Shown piece after piece: positions 24,490-38,558 of a DNA stretch of 64,000 nucleotides. The notes under the pieces are model-generated. The model ran no database searches and was not told the origin of the DNA. It saw only the letters and a list, made by a program, of their open reading frames with translations. Source of the DNA: Eledone cirrhosa. Its lineage: Eukaryota. Both the position numbers and the translations under genes were made by a program. The DNA lies in the NCBI GenBank assembly GCA_964016885.1, contig OZ024740.1, positions 249,116,001 through 249,180,000 of the forward strand, in the 5' to 3' direction. Position 1 is the stretch's first letter. Every line of letters begins with the position of its first letter.

Positions 24490-25640
24490 TTCCCCAAGGC
24501 TTCTGACTGCGTCAGTTGAGAACTACTCTTCGAAATCCCGAGAAAGCTTGGCTGTCCAGCAAAATTTGTTAACATCATTAGGACTCTATCTTCAAATATG
24601 AATGCTAGGCTTATTATAGATGGCAAACTGTTGAGCTCTATCAACTACAATAGTGGGGCGAAGCAAGGCTGTAAACTTGCCCCTACACTATTTGGGCTCT
24701 ACGCTGCTGTACTGCTTTTTATAGCCTTCAAAGAAGTCAGCTCTTCCCACAGCATCCAAGTATGCTTTAGATATGATGGTGATATTTTTGATCTTCATTG
24801 CCTCAAGTCCAAGACAATGATACTTCATGATTTCATAAGGGAGGCCCAATATGCTGACGACATTGCTGTTTTCTGCAATGATCCCATTGCTCTACAGCAG
24901 CTGTTATCTACATATAACACAGTTTCATTGAAAACAGCCCTTCATATCAACATTAATAAGACTGAAACAATGAGTGTCGGAGAGCAAGTTGATTTTTTTC
25001 ATTGATGGGCAAAAACTTGCCAGATTGGAACGCTTCAAATATCTTGGCAGCTATGTCACCAAAGATGAAGAGCTTAGTGCATGTATTCAAGCTGCTGTAG
25101 GAGTGAGAGTCTTTGAATCCAGGGAACTGACCTCTGAGACTAAACGTAAAGTTTATAACCAATGTGTGACTCCTCTCTTGTCGTTACCACATAAGACACT
25201 TAAGAACAGTTAAGCAACGGCACCTTAGGTTCATTCTTGATATCAAATGGGATCACTTTGTCACAAACGATGAGGTACTGAAATGTGCAAAGACTCCTGA
25301 CATTGAAACTATCCTCATAAGGAATAGACTCAGATGGGTCGGCCATGTCATCTGCATAGATGATTGTAGACCTATAAAGAAACTTCATTTTGGTGAGCTT
25401 GAGGATGGTGTTAACGTATAGGACGCTCTCTCTTCAGATATAAGGACATGATCAAGGATCTTTTGAAAAAAAGGTAACATTCTTAACTGCTGGGGGCATT
25501 ATGTCGATGACAGACCAATATGGCAGAAGCTAATCCATGATGAAAGCATCGATATTGAAAACCAAGGGAAGCAGGATAACAAGAAAAGGAAGAAATGATA
25601 CAATAACAAGCCTAATATAATGAACGGACTTTGTCATGCT
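24490..25640 (+). mobile_element. RTE (BovB-like) LINE RT fragment
   Basis: 'GAKQGCKLAPTLF', 'QYADDIA', 'FKYLGS', 'LRWVGHV'. Confidence 0.9.
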
Positions 25641-25844
25641 ACTAATATGGATTTTTTTGTATATATGTATATATATATATTACTAACTGGAATGACTTTG
25701 GTATTTGGCTGAAACTCAGCTTGTGAATTGTTGTTTGCCCGTATCGGGACTCAGGCAAGTGGCATGTATGTATGTGCGTGCGTGCGTGAGTGTGTGTGTG
25801 TGTGTGTTGTATGTATAAGTGTCACTAAGTCAGGTTTTTTTTTT

Positions 25845-28800
25845 TCATGATGTTCCAAAACAATATAAAAGAGATAATTGGCAATAAGGGTTCTGGAACG
25901 AAAGTCATAATTGGCAATAAGGGCATGGGCCCACTCGTCATCATGCCACTGTAATAGAGCCAAACAAGGCATTTAATATTGGCTGCTGGAACGTTTGGAC
26001 GCTGCTTGACAGGGATTCCTCTGAACGTCCTGAACGAAGGACCGCTCTTGTTACAAAGGAGCTTCGACGTTACGATCTTGACATCGTAGCTTTATCCAAT
26101 ATTAGAATTTTGTGGAGAATATACATTCTTCTAGAAAGGAAGAGATGAAGGAACCAGAAGAGAGGCTGGGGTAGCATTTGCTATTAAGACTGCTCCTGTT
26201 GATAAATTTAAAGAATTCCCAGTGGGGATTAGTGAACGTCTTATATCCATGAGAATTCCGCTGGACAAAGGAAGATATGCGACCCTGCTCCAACTATGAA
26301 TTCTGTTGATGAAGAAAAAGTGTCTTTCTACCATGCCTTGAAAGGTGTTTTAAGAAATATCCCTCAGGCAGACAAGGTCATAGTACTTGGTGACTTTAAC
26401 GCTAGAGTGGGTAGGGATTTTAACACATGGAATGTAATCGGAAGTGTAACAACAATGGTATGCTCCTGCTGCAGCTGTGTGAGGAGCTGGATCTGTGTGT
26501 TACCAACACCATGTTCCAGCAAAAGAACAGATTTTAGACCACATGGATACATCCTGCATCTAAGGAATGGCACCTTTTGGACTATGTCTTAGTCAGGATG
26601 CGTGACAGACGGGATGTGCAGTGTGTCCGTGCTCGTCGTGGAGCTGACTGAGTGCTGGACGGACCACCGCCTGGTACGCGCAAAAGTGAAACTAATCACT
26701 AAACGTAAAATCCGGGCTCCTGGTGTTACCCTGCCTAGGAGATTGAATGTTGCTCGTCTTAGAGATAATAATGTGAAGAGGACATTGAGAGAAGAGATGC
26801 AGGTTGCAGATATTGGTGAGGATTGGCCGACCCTTAAAAAGTTGGTTTATGATGTAGGCAGGCGTGTTCTGGGATTGGTGCAGAGAAAACAGCAAGACTG
26901 GTTTAATGAAAATGATGAACATATAGATGACTTGTTGGCTGATAAGAGGCGTGCTCTGTCACGCTACTTGACAGCAAAATCACAGGCGAAGATTATGTTA
27001 CATAAGGAACTCAAGGATGTGAAACACGTATGACACGGAGGCTTTCTCAGATGAAGGATAAGTGGTGGAGTGAGAAGGCTGATGAGATATAAGCTGCATC
27101 AGATTCCAATAACACAAAGCTGTTGTACAGTCTCTTGCGTGAAGTTTATGGACCGTCTTCTTCTCCGGTGACACCGCTTCACAGCAAGGATGGAAAGGAA
27201 CTTCTTCGTGATTCACAGGGAATTCTGCGAAGGTGGCGAGAGCACTTTGATGAACTTTTGAATCAGCCGTCTGTCGTCAATAAAGATTTTCTCAATCTCA
27301 TTCCTGAAAATCCTGTGAAAGTAGCTCTCGCAGAACCTCCGACGCTTGTGGAGGTTGCAGTAGCTATCTCGAAGTTGAACAGTGGAAGGGCTCCAGGTAT
27401 GGATGGCATACATGCAGAGCTCTTACAATATGGTGGTGAGAGACTCCTGCAACATCTTCACTCTTTGTTTGGCAAGATATGGGCTAGTGAATCCGTACCT
27501 GAGGACTGGAGGGATGCAGTAATGGTGGTCTTGTACAAGGGAAAGAGTAACAAGAATGATTATGGAAACTACAGAGGTATATCATTGCTTTCTGTCGTAG
27601 GAAAAAGTTTTATGTAGGGTGCTTCTGGACCGTCTGCTGACACACATTGCAGATTGTGTTCTTCCTGAAAGTCAATCTGGTTTTCATACTGCACGCGCAC
27701 CACTGATATGATCTTCTCAGCTAGACAGCTCCAGAACAAAGTTTGGATCTGTATCAGGTTTTTGTCGATCTGACAAAAGCTTTTGATACTGTTAACAGAA
27801 ATGCATTGTCGAAGGTTCTCCAGAAACTTGGTTGTCCTGATAAGTTCCTTGCTTTGGTTAGGTATTTCCATCACGACATGAAGGCTTGGGTTAATGTCAA
27901 AGGTAACATGTCGGAGCCTATCTCAGTAAAAAATGGAGTGAAACAGGGGATATTCCAGCACCAGCCCTCTTTGTCATATGGTGTTTACATCCAATATCAA
28001 CCTCTGGCAGCATATTTAACATCAGGCGCTTTGCTGCAAAAACAAAAGTATTTACATCAATCATAAGAGACCTCTTGTATGCAGATGATTGCGATCTTGT
28101 AGCGCACACAGATGATTGCGATATGTAGCACATTTTGAATGCAGTTTGTGATGCTTGCACTGCCCGTCATTGACTGTCAATCTCAAGAAAATCATTGTCA
28201 TGTACCAACCTGCCCCTGGTAAGCAGCACAGTGAGCCAAATATCTATGTGTATGGTAAACGACTTGGAGTGGTTGATCAGTTTGTCTAGCTGGGAAACAC
28301 TGTCAATCGATACAGAAATCTTGATAATGAAATTCCACTCAGGATTAGGAAAGCAAGTGAATGCTTTCGGAAAGCTAGAAAGGCGACTCTGGGGTCGGCG
28401 AGACATATGCAAGAAGACAAAGGTAAAGGTGTACAAGGCATGTGTGCTCTCTTCTCTTCTTTATGCCTGCGAGACCTGGGTCACAGACTTGGAGCATTTC
28501 CATCAGATGTGTCTTAGACGGATCCATGGCGTTCACTAGAGGGACCACATCAGTGATGTTGAGATTTTGGAAATCTCCTTGTGTGACAGTATTGAAGCTC
28601 TTGTACTTAAGCAAAACTCCGATGGAGTGGTCACCTTGCCAGGATGAAGGATTCTAGAATACCAAAACAACTCTTAATAGAGAGTTAGTTAAATGAAAAC
28701 GACCTCCACATAAACCAAAAAAGAGGTATACGGATTCTTTGAAAGCCTCTTTGAAAGACGCTAACATCTCTGCTGATACATGGGAAAATGTAGCTGCTGA

Positions 28801-29240
28801 TTGTAATAAATGGAGAAAGACTGTATATGAAGGGAAAGTTGCCTTTGAGGCATCTCGAATCGCACACGAGAAAGTAAAGCGGGATGTGAGGAAGAGCATT
28901 GCTGTTGCATTTCCAGACATCAGATGTCTTCCTATGGCGCTGACATGCAGCGTCTGTGCGAGACTCTGCCTCAGCAAAGCTGGACTCGAAAGTTATCTTC
29001 GCAGTCATTAAGTGAGACCAGTGGTTGACTACTAGGCTGCTGTTGGAGATGCTACTCATCATGGCTGCCAAGTATGTGGTAGAGAAAGTAAATCAGCAGG
29101 AGAGCTCAAACGACATGCAAAAGTACATGAACTCCAGCCACAGCCAGCTATTCCCAGTGAATGTTTTGGTTGCCAACTCTGTACATTTTAGATCATTGGC
29201 TGGGCTAAAAAGCCACATTCGATCGCAGTACCGTTAATTG
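25845..29240 (+). mobile_element. Near full-length degenerate RTE (BovB-like) LINE (APE + RT + C-terminal zinc fingers)
   Basis: 'WNVWTLLD..RPERRTALV', 'LGDFNARVG', 'WTDHRLV', 'GRAPGMDGI', 'NYRGISLLS', 'FVDLTKAFDTV', 'LYADD', 'LYACETW', 'CSVCARLCLSKAGLESY'; many frameshifts. Confidence 0.92.
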
Positions 29241-29413
29241 TTATTGCGTGTGTGTGCATGTGTATATGTATATACACACATATATATAGATATACATATG
29301 TGTGTGTGTATATATATATGTATATACACATATATATATAGATATACATATGTGTGTATATATATATATATATATTTTTATTATTTTTTATTATTATTAT
29401 TATTGTTATTATT

Positions 29414-29559
29414 ATGAAATTCCACTCAGGATTAGGAAAGCAAGTGAATGCTTTCGGAAAGCTAGAAGGCGACTCTGGGGTCGGCGAGACATATGCAAGA
29501 AGACAAAGGTAAAGGTGTACAAGGCATGTGTGCTCTCTTCTATTCTTTATGCCTGCGAG
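29414..29559 (+). repeat. Local duplication of RTE internal segment 28327-28473
   Basis: 146 bp, differing by one deletion and one substitution. Confidence 0.9.
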
Positions 29560-29975
29560 TGGGTTGGCAGTATCGGTAGAGAGTCGGACGCCATGCTTTG
29601 CAGCATACAGTTACGGCTCTTGTCATTCTGAGTTCAAATCCCGCCGAGGTTAACTTTGCCTTTCATCCTTACGGGGTCGATAAAATAAAGTACCAGTAAT
29701 GCACTGGGTAATTGCTGGCCTTGTGCCAAAAGTAGAAACAATTATTGTTATTATTATTGTCATTATTAAGGGCGATGGATTGGCAGTATCGCTAGAGGGT
29801 CGGACGCCATGCTTTGCAGCATAGAATTACGTCCCTTTATGGTCTGAGTTCAAATCCCGCCGAGGTTAACTTTGCCTTTCATCCTTATGGGGTCAATAAA
29901 ATAAAGTACCAGTAATACACTGGGATAATTGCTGGCCTTGTGCCAAAAGTAGAAACAATTATTATTGTCATTATT
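29560..29975 (+). mobile_element. Two tandem SINE copies with (ATT)n tails (third copy at ~60395-60565)
   Basis: Repeated TGGCAGTATCG...GAGTTCAAATCCCGCCGAGGTTAACTTTGCCTTTCATCCTT...GTGCCAAAAGTAGAAAC. Confidence 0.85.
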
Positions 29976-30144
29976 ATGTTTTTTTTTGTGCAATGGCCAT
30001 ACTCAAAAACGAGGAGGCAGCCATCATGTATGTATGCCTGTATGTAAGAGTCAACAGCCATCCACAAATGTGTAAATATGTATATACATGCATGCATGTG
30101 TATATATGTATATGTATATACATGTATGCATGTGTATGTATATG

Positions 30145-30503
30145 CGTGGGGACATAGAAATAGTCAGGTTGGATACCCGATCGCGCGGTTAAACCACTGG
30201 GAGTGAAGGACCCCTAGCCTTTTTCGGGGTATTCTTCTAGGAGAAGGCAACTCAGGAAACTTGGATAACTTCGACATAAAACCCGTGGCTCATTATTTGC
30301 CGATGATGTTGATCTATTCTTCTTTTCGGGTTATAGCTGCTGTTGCTCAGAGAGTGGGATTGGCTCAGTGCACAGTCTTTCCTCACTTTAAAAAAAATCT
30401 TCATGCACAAGCATTGCACGATAGCATTAATTAACAATTATTAATAATGCTATATCATGCAATGGCCATACTCGATAACGAGGCAGCAGCAATCGTATGT
30501 ATG
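30145..30503 (+). mobile_element. Short bipartite non-autonomous RTE derivative
   Basis: RTE 5'-UTR motif CTAGGAGAAGGCAACTC joined to 3' end GGCCATACTCGATAACGAG + (TATG)n; an isolated 3' end also lies at 29990-30036. Confidence 0.55.
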
Positions 30504-30720
30504 TTCTAGTTTTATAATTTTATCATTCTTTACCAATAGAGAGAGAGAGAGTCGGTTTCTAACATAGACACAAGACTGTCTCATTGAAATTTACACAACA
30601 TCAACTAGGTAGGCACGGAAGTGTCTGCATGCATGCGTATGTGTGCAGGTATGGATGTGGATGTTTTCAGTTATATGTGTGAATATGCTTATGCTTTGTA
30701 TCTGTACATGTGTACATGCA

Positions 30721-33700
30721 ATTATTAGATGCAGAATTTTTGGAATGTTTTACATATTTTTACTGTTCCATTGATGGATAGTACTTGTAATTTCCTAACT
30801 AGTTGTATTTTTTTCTGTTTCCGTGAAGCCCAGCTTCTCCAGAGTTGTACTGAGGCAGTTACTAACATATCCCAGTGCCCCAATAATCACAGATATCAAT
30901 CTGAAGGTATAGTCAGGGTGGAGTACCAGCAGATTCCTTATTAGCTCTGCATAGATATTCTTCATTTTTTGTTGATCTCTGATATTATATTGGCATCTGC
31001 TGAGCAGCTAACTTCCACTATCGTGCATGCCTTCTTTTCCCTGTCCCATATCATTATATCTGGTCTGTTATGCTTGCATTTTATTGGGGTTTTGACTGGA
31101 ACATTCCACCAGTACTCTTTCATATTATGTATATGTATATCTTCCACATTGCTGTAGCTTTTTATGTGTTTATTGTCGGGGGCTATATTTTCAACAGATT
31201 GCATCGTATTGTGTCTTGGCCACTACATCATGCCTCATAGGTAAATAGTACCACGATGACATTTTTGGACAGCTGCTTACGGTATGGGTGACATCTTCGA
31301 TGTTAATTTTGCAGAATCTGCATTTGTTACACATAGGTGTTTTTCTTGCATCTCTACCTCTTTTGTGAATCAGGTATTTTATATTGATTTCCTGTTCTTG
31401 GATTGCAAAAGCATATCCTTCAAAGTGGGAGCCAATATAGCAGTTGTTGGTCCAAGATAGACTACTTTGCTTATCTGTATTACTCTCACTCTGGAGTTTG
31501 CTGGCAACATATTCATGCATGATTTGCTGCTGATGAGCATACAGTTTTTCATCCATGGATTCACTGTGGTATCGATGGGTAATTTACCTGGGTGTGAGTT
31601 TTTGATTATCATGCCGGGAGTATCTTTCAAGGTGTTCCTTCCCAACTCTTATGATCTTATCTGTCTCATGTAGACAGACTTGTTCAATAGGTGGGCTCCT
31701 ATACTTGGTGGTTCGCAGATGATGCGACATTCAAATGTTGTCTGGACTGATGTTAGATCTCTGCCTCCCTACTTTCGTTTAAAGTTGGGCGGTCTATGTC
31801 ACTGTTGATGTAGAAGTTTCCGGCTTTGTTTAGGATTTTTCGGGCTTTAACATTGATAACTCGGATTTCATCTATTGTCCAATCGAGTATTCCAAATGTT
31901 GTTGTTAGGACAGGCACAGCAAACACATTGTGAGCCACTGTTTTATTGTGCGCAGAGATTTCAGATGACCATATTTTTCTTAATTGGGTGTAATATGGTT
32001 ACGCGTTCCCCATTACACATACCATTATAGGATATATTCTCATCTATCCCCAGGTATCTGTAGCCGTCCTCGTCAGATATCAGTGAAACAGTGAGGCCAT
32101 TGATAGAAATGTTGTTAGATTGGCTTCTAATTTTTTCCCACTTTACAATCATATATGAACATTTATCCTGGCCAAACTACATTCCTATATCTTTTGAGAA
32201 CGTCATAACCAGGTCAAGATTTGTTTTCATCCCATTTATGATCTTGGCATAGAGTATCAAGTCATCCACAAAGAGATTATGGGTTTGGTTCGTATTCCTG
32301 TCCTCCTCTGAGCCAATTATGTATCCTTCACATTTCTTGATCAGAAAGGACAAGGGGTTTAATGACAGGATAAATAGCAGCACAGAAAGACTGTCTCCCT
32401 GAAATATACCCGCTGTGATATTCTATTTTATTATTGAAAATAGAGTCCTCCTCTGTTTTTAACTTTAGGATAGTAGCCCAAGAAGAAGATAGGTTATCGA
32501 TGGCTCTGATAATAATGTCTGGAACTTTAGCAAGTTGGAAGGTCTCTATGATCCAAGTGGGGAACAGAATGAAATGCTTTCCTGTAGTCCAGCCAGGCTG
32601 TAGCCATATTCCTCCTAAGTTGTCGCACCTCCGACATCGCAGTATTGTTAATTCGGAGTTGTTCAGCACACCCCCAAACACCTTTCTTCCCAGCTGCTTA
32701 TTCCTCTGTGATGATGTTATTATTGCCACAGTGATCTTGGAGAAATAGGTTCAGGTAGGCTGTATATATCTTACACATCAGGTTCTGGCATGCAATGGGT
32801 CGGTAGTTTTTTGCCAAGTGGGTGTCTTTGTTCTTGGGGACCAATATTGTTTGTGCTAATGTCAACCACCCTGGTATTTGGTACCAGTAGCCGACAATCA
32901 AGTCTCTCCCTTGTGTTTTCCTATCACATTCCAGGTTATCATAGTTTATTCTGTATGTTTTGTTGTCGTGTTGGGGAAGTAGTTCTTTTGGATTTCTTTT
33001 AGCCACACTGCAACTTGGTTGAAATTCTTCTCTCCACCCATATTCTTCTACAGAAGGAATCTATATCTTTCTGGAATGGGACCTCAGTGACATTTATTAC
33101 TTTTACCTTCATATCTCTATAGACTGATGCTTGGTTTCGTCTGAATCCTTTTATTAAGTACTTTTCTTTAATCTACCCTCTTCAGATATCGGCGTTTCTC
33201 ACCGAAAGCTCTCAATTCTTGTTTGAGAGTTATTAGCTTATATTGAAGAGTTGTGGTTGTACTGTTACCAAACATCGCTTCTATTTTATTTTTCACTCTT
33301 TGTTGGTTAGGTATGTATTTTTTTTTTTTACATAATATATGATGGTATTTTTTGTGGTGTTTTATTCTCATTAACATCTCTGTAGCTCGTGTTGTTGATT
33401 GCATGTTCGATCTGAGGGACTTACAATGAATAATATTCATGTTATTTTTACATTCAACAAACGTTGTTTGGCATAATTGTTTGGCTGTGAAGTGATTTAG
33501 CTCTAGATATATTTCGACCCTGTTCATATAGCCAACAGAGAGATATCTTCTGTCATTTTATAACAATTAAATAAATCGATAAGTTCGTAACTCCAAGAAA
33601 AATGTGATTTATAATTTCGATTCCTTCTGTAGCTACAACTAAAGAAATGTTCTTTACCTTTCTCGATGTTGTTTATCTTCGGTAAATTAATGTTGTTGAT

Positions 33701-33830
33701 GTTGTGTTCAGTCGTAGCAAATCCTTGTAATATGAATTTAGTATTTAGTCGGATATCTCTACAGTGATAAGTCTTCAGTGGCTATACCCGGGGATAGTAT
33801 TCATCTTACATTTAATGAAGTCTTCCACGC
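30721..33830 (-). mobile_element. Degenerate R4/Dong-like RLE non-LTR retrotransposon
   Basis: 'NYRPIACQN', 'FQGDSLS', 'LFVDDL', 'YRYLGI', 'CRFCK...HTVSSC', 'RHDVVA', 'HNRPDI' (CCHC + PD-D/ExK). Confidence 0.88.
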
Positions 33831-35857
33831 CAATATGTATGACTGGTCGCGTTGATTATGTATGTATGTGTGTATATATGTGTGCATGTATGTATGTATA
33901 CACACACACCGCACGCACGTACACACACGCACACATGAATCTTTGTCGTTAAAAAAAAAAAAAAAAAAGAGCAATAAAATAAAAAAAGAGAACAAAGTAA
34001 GCCTCACAGTTACATGAAACGCAGTGTAGGAAGCTAATTCAATTCGTTGAAAGTTATTTACTGCAGATAATTTACTCTTGTTATCTTATCAGACACCACC
34101 TTATCTTAGTTGTTATACCCTTTCATTCCATCTTCACAACTTCCTATTTAATTTTCGTTTTTTTTCTTCGTTTGTATGCTTCAAAATAGGCCTGACATGC
34201 AAACACAGAACATAGCAATAAAGAAAACGAAGTGTATTAGTTGAATCGTTTTCTGATTGATAACATTCCTTGTCCTTAATGTGATGTCTATTTTAGCTAT
34301 AATTGCAAACAAGAATTTTGCACAGTTAGTGATTCAGTAAAGTTGGTGATGAACAAAATGATTCATTTCGTGAGACATTTACCATTGATGATATGTAGCT
34401 GGTCGTTGTTGTTATTGTTGCTGTTGTTGGTGGTGGTCGTCGTGTTCGTAGTGGTGGTGTTTAGTTACAGGTCTGTCCTAATTAAGATAATCAATGTTCA
34501 AAATTGTTCTAGCTGCGACCATCCCAGTTTCATTTTATGAACGGTATTTTATTTATCATTTAGTGAAGATTAGTAAAGTAGCAGTGCCATTGAAGTTTCT
34601 GCTTGGTCGCTTTATATGACTGCTAGATGGAGTGTGCAAGCTGAAACTTCGAAATCACTGCCACGTTTCTACTTAGAAAATAAAATTTTCACTCTACCAG
34701 TATTACGTGCTCAGTCAGCTAATATTTGAATGTTTTAAATACTATGATATTTTAAATACACATTCTAATCTAATGAAGAATAGCGTTTTTTAATTGTCCT
34801 GAACTATGATAGGAGCTATTTTGAATAATAAATATTTCTTAAAACACACCAAGATATATTTTAGAGTAATAGTTTAAGAAAGTGCTCAATAAATTCACTC
34901 CAAAGATATTAAATGTGAAGCTATATATAGCACTTACCAAATGGATGACCGAAATGACCGTAGCACAAACGATGAAACACTTTCATTGTTAGGACTATGA
35001 TCATATATCCGGTGAGTTCTATAGTAAGACACTTTTGTCGTGTGACGTTCGATGATATTGAAAGTTAGTATTGACTACACATGCACACAGACGCACACAC
35101 ACACACACACACACACACATGTACACACAAAGACACACGTACGCACACAGACCCATACGTACACACATACACATTCTTAGTTAAAAAAAAACAAATCTAA
35201 ATAAATACTCGATACAAATCATCTAAAGTTAATCTGTAGAGTATTTTTGAGTTCTATGGTAAAATTTACGGATCATCAAGAACTTTTGATAGGCTTTAAA
35301 ATTAAACGGGGAGTGCTTATAAAACCTAAGACCTATATTAACGCCTCCCCACAACGCAGGAGTTGCACCATTGAAAAAGCCCTAATCCTACATCGATTGA
35401 AAATTTCTGCTTCAGCTCCAAGATAGAAACATTTACAAGTTGCTCACATTTTGGGGAGTTTCTCCTTGCAAACTAGAAAATCCCAATCGTTACTACAGCG
35501 GTCTTTTCCACTGTAATTGTCACCTTCTCATCTTTACATTTTATCTTCATTCTAAACTACGTTTTTCCAACCTTTCTTCTCTCATTTTAATCCCTCGCCC
35601 TCCGATACCCGCCCACTTATACATTCATTCATGGTCCCATAACTCTTGAGTGAGTCGCAGGAACGCCGTATTGACATACTGTGTTTCTAGCACATTTTAA
35701 AACCTGGCGGAATGGATGAAAGGGAAACGAATACTGCAAAGCATTCTATCCGACGTTCTCACAATTCTGCCAATTCGTTGCCTCCACGAATCCTGGGTCT
35801 CCTGCTGGTAGGTTTTGCCCGTAAAATCTGTCCAGCGATTCTTTCTTGAGACATTCT

Positions 35858-35941
35858 AACCACATGCCCATAGAAACCAGGATTAAACCACATGCCCATA
35901 GAAACCAGGATTAAACCACATGCCCATAAAAACCAGGATTA
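35858..35941. repeat. Three tandem 28-bp units (AACCACATGCCCATAGAAACCAGGATTA)
   Basis: Directly visible; one substitution in unit 3. Confidence 0.95.
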
Positions 35942-36409
35942 AGACATGAGAAATGTATGACAAAAACAGCATATTTTATTTCTAAAATAGAAAAGAAAAC
36001 CCCGAAAAAAACTCACTTGCTTCAATAAATAGTGAAACACTTTATTGTTTGGCGTTAAATATGCATGCAGTTTACGCTGCAACGAAACACTTGTTATTTA
36101 AAACGCTAGACATACTAAATGCCGCGCCGTTACCACCATAACGTGATGTCGTTCGTTTTCTTCATGTTGTTTTACCCACTTTTTTTGTTTCATTACCATA
36201 ACCACTGTCAGCTTGTTTCGGATTTTGTTAAGTTATAATTGATGTAAGTTGATAGTCTTGAAGCCAACCTGATTTTCTGCAACAGACGATAAACAATTCT
36301 CATTGCGCCACCGCAAAATAATAGGATGCTGGAAGAGTAATATGATTTATGAGTAGTTAAGCAGGATTTGTTTATTTCTTTATCTATGTATAGTAGTCGA
36401 ATAATCAGA

Positions 36410-37440
36410 TTTTTTACTAAATTAAAGTGACAATGGGATAAAAACTATAAAATATAAATGGCAATAAGGAAAATAATATAAAAGTAAAGAAAAAAAAAAA
36501 GTAATTAAGCAACGAAAGAAACGAAAGAAAGGGAAAAAGGGGAGCGACACCCCAGCTTGAGTGGTATATTTCAGCTGCGCCTCGCAGACAAAATAGCGAA
36601 GACATTACCGCGGGGAATGGTCAGTAACACCTGCTGCAACAGCCACCACACCACGCCACACTGGACTCTTTCCACAGGCGGGCTGCCGCCTTTCCGATTT
36701 TGTGGTCGACGAACAGCAGTTCATGAACCGAGAGCACTAAAAGTCTCGACGGTGACCAGTGGGAAATGGAAGCGGCTGGCCAAGCCGGTATTTGGTTATC
36801 TTCACTTCTTCTGCATCGCGGTTGATTGTGCCCAGGCTTGCGGCTGAAGCGACAAGGCTGGTTGGCGGAGAACAGATTAGGAATTGACCTCCTTCGAATG
36901 GGAAGAGAGTTTTCACGAATGGACCCTTACCATTATCCCGGTCGAGGTCAGCTGGCTCTAGTTGTGACGGGAAGCCGGCCGCGTCGAAGTGCCTTCCGTT
37001 TATGTCATTCAGGATGGCGTGTCGAGGGAACCGACCTGCGTTATGGCGGCAGGATAGCGGGTGCAGATCGAACTCATCAACAACGGCTACAAAACAGCAT
37101 TTGTGTGGTTCATATACGCGAAGGCCGGGGCACACATCATTAAGAAGCGTGCCGATTGATGAGGAGGGCATAGAATTGAGCCTCGTACTGCTGTTTGGCT
37201 GCGAGGCAGAACGGAGGCAGGTGAGTGGTATTGGTCCAAGGAAGACTAGATCCTTCTGAAGGTTGTCATGCACTTGATGTCTTCCCAGTTGCATAGGGCA
37301 TCTGTATACTGGGGTCGGCGAGGTCTTCGTTGATCTGATCGACCAGATCTGACTCTAGTTCTTGGACACGTCTGGTGCTTCTGTCTTGCGGAGGACCGCG
37401 CCAAGGTGCGGCTGGAAAAGATTGAGATTAGATAGGTCGG
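36410..37440 (-). mobile_element. CRE-clade-like non-LTR retrotransposon 3' fragment
   Basis: 'HPLSCRHNAGRFPRHAILNDI...AAGFPSQLEPADLDRDNGKGP' (RH..LND / EP.GL...DGKRPD motif) and terminal 'RGNVFAIL'. Confidence 0.75.
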
Positions 37441-38558
37441 CATTACTAGGTCAAGTTGTAAATAGAGAACGCCTAGACTAGATTTGAGCTTAAATTGTTT
37501 TTTACACAGACATCCTTATCTTAAGGTCTATGCCCATAAACGGACAGTTTTCGAAACTACGGCTTTCCGGCTTGTTCTAGTTTCAACTTCGGTTCCAATT
37601 TACGACAATGAATAATCCCATTTTCTTGTTTGAGGGTCAATGGCGTTAGATACAACCACAACCTTTTTAACCATTGATTGTGTCTTCATGCTCTCTTCGG
37701 AATGAATAGTTTCTCTGGGTCCCGAATAGTTCTCTCCCGACCTTTTTTACTTGATTCCCTTAGCCTTTGTGTCTAAGATGTATATAAGCACGAGACATTT
37801 TGATATAGTCTTCTTGCTCCGTGGATGAGCACTGTTAAAGGGATAAGCTTATGTCCACGTGCGGTTACATATATATGTGTATATTTATTTTATTGGCATT
37901 TTGGAACCTCCTTTCTGATTATCCACCCAGCAACGCTGTTGTTGCTGTGCAGTCCCAGATTAGATCAAGTTGAGCAGATTTTCAGCATTCATGTACTCGG
38001 CCAAACGACGAACATGGTCCTCCGAAGAAACTTCTTTATGGCCGCTCAACCAGTTAGAATTAACAGTAAAATAGCCCACAAATTTTACCATACCATCTTA
38101 AAAATGGACGAACATACTGGATAAAATTGTCTTGATATATACAAAAAAGAAGGTTACGACTGGATTACCGATTGAACAATGTAAGCTCGACGCACAGAAA
38201 CACGTGTTCCTAACGAGGCTGATGTTAGTAAATACATTTAATAAAACAAAACAAAATACTTTAATTTATATGATTGATAGGGATGTGCCTTCTGCGTTCA
38301 CAATCTGTCAAACTTAACATTGTCTTTAATCCTCCAAGAATCAATAACATAAAGTATTACTCAAGCACTGGTATCGATATATTTGACTCTTACAAAATAT
38401 ATGTTGCAATTACATTCGACTGCTGACATGGTTTCAGTTTTTTTTGTTTTCTTTTTGTCACGTTTGTGGCTTTGACTAACCAGAGACTAGTAATATATGA
38501 ACCAGCACGCATGTCTATTCTAGTTTCATTGTAATGTGTTATTTTACCAAATCAAAAA

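Noticed and set aside
28940-29237. Host C2H2 zinc-finger gene (also 22200-22240 and 54560-54640)
   Set aside because: Fingers are contiguous with RTE C-termini and 3' ends.
33750-33856. HDV-like ribozyme at the 5' end of the R4/Dong-like element
   Set aside because: Only a partial P1/P3 resemblance on minus; no convincing P1.1, P4 or P2.
34930-36130. Minus-strand splice donors at ~34938 and ~36019 as exons of a second gene
   Set aside because: No convincing acceptors or reading frames; such hexamers occur by chance.
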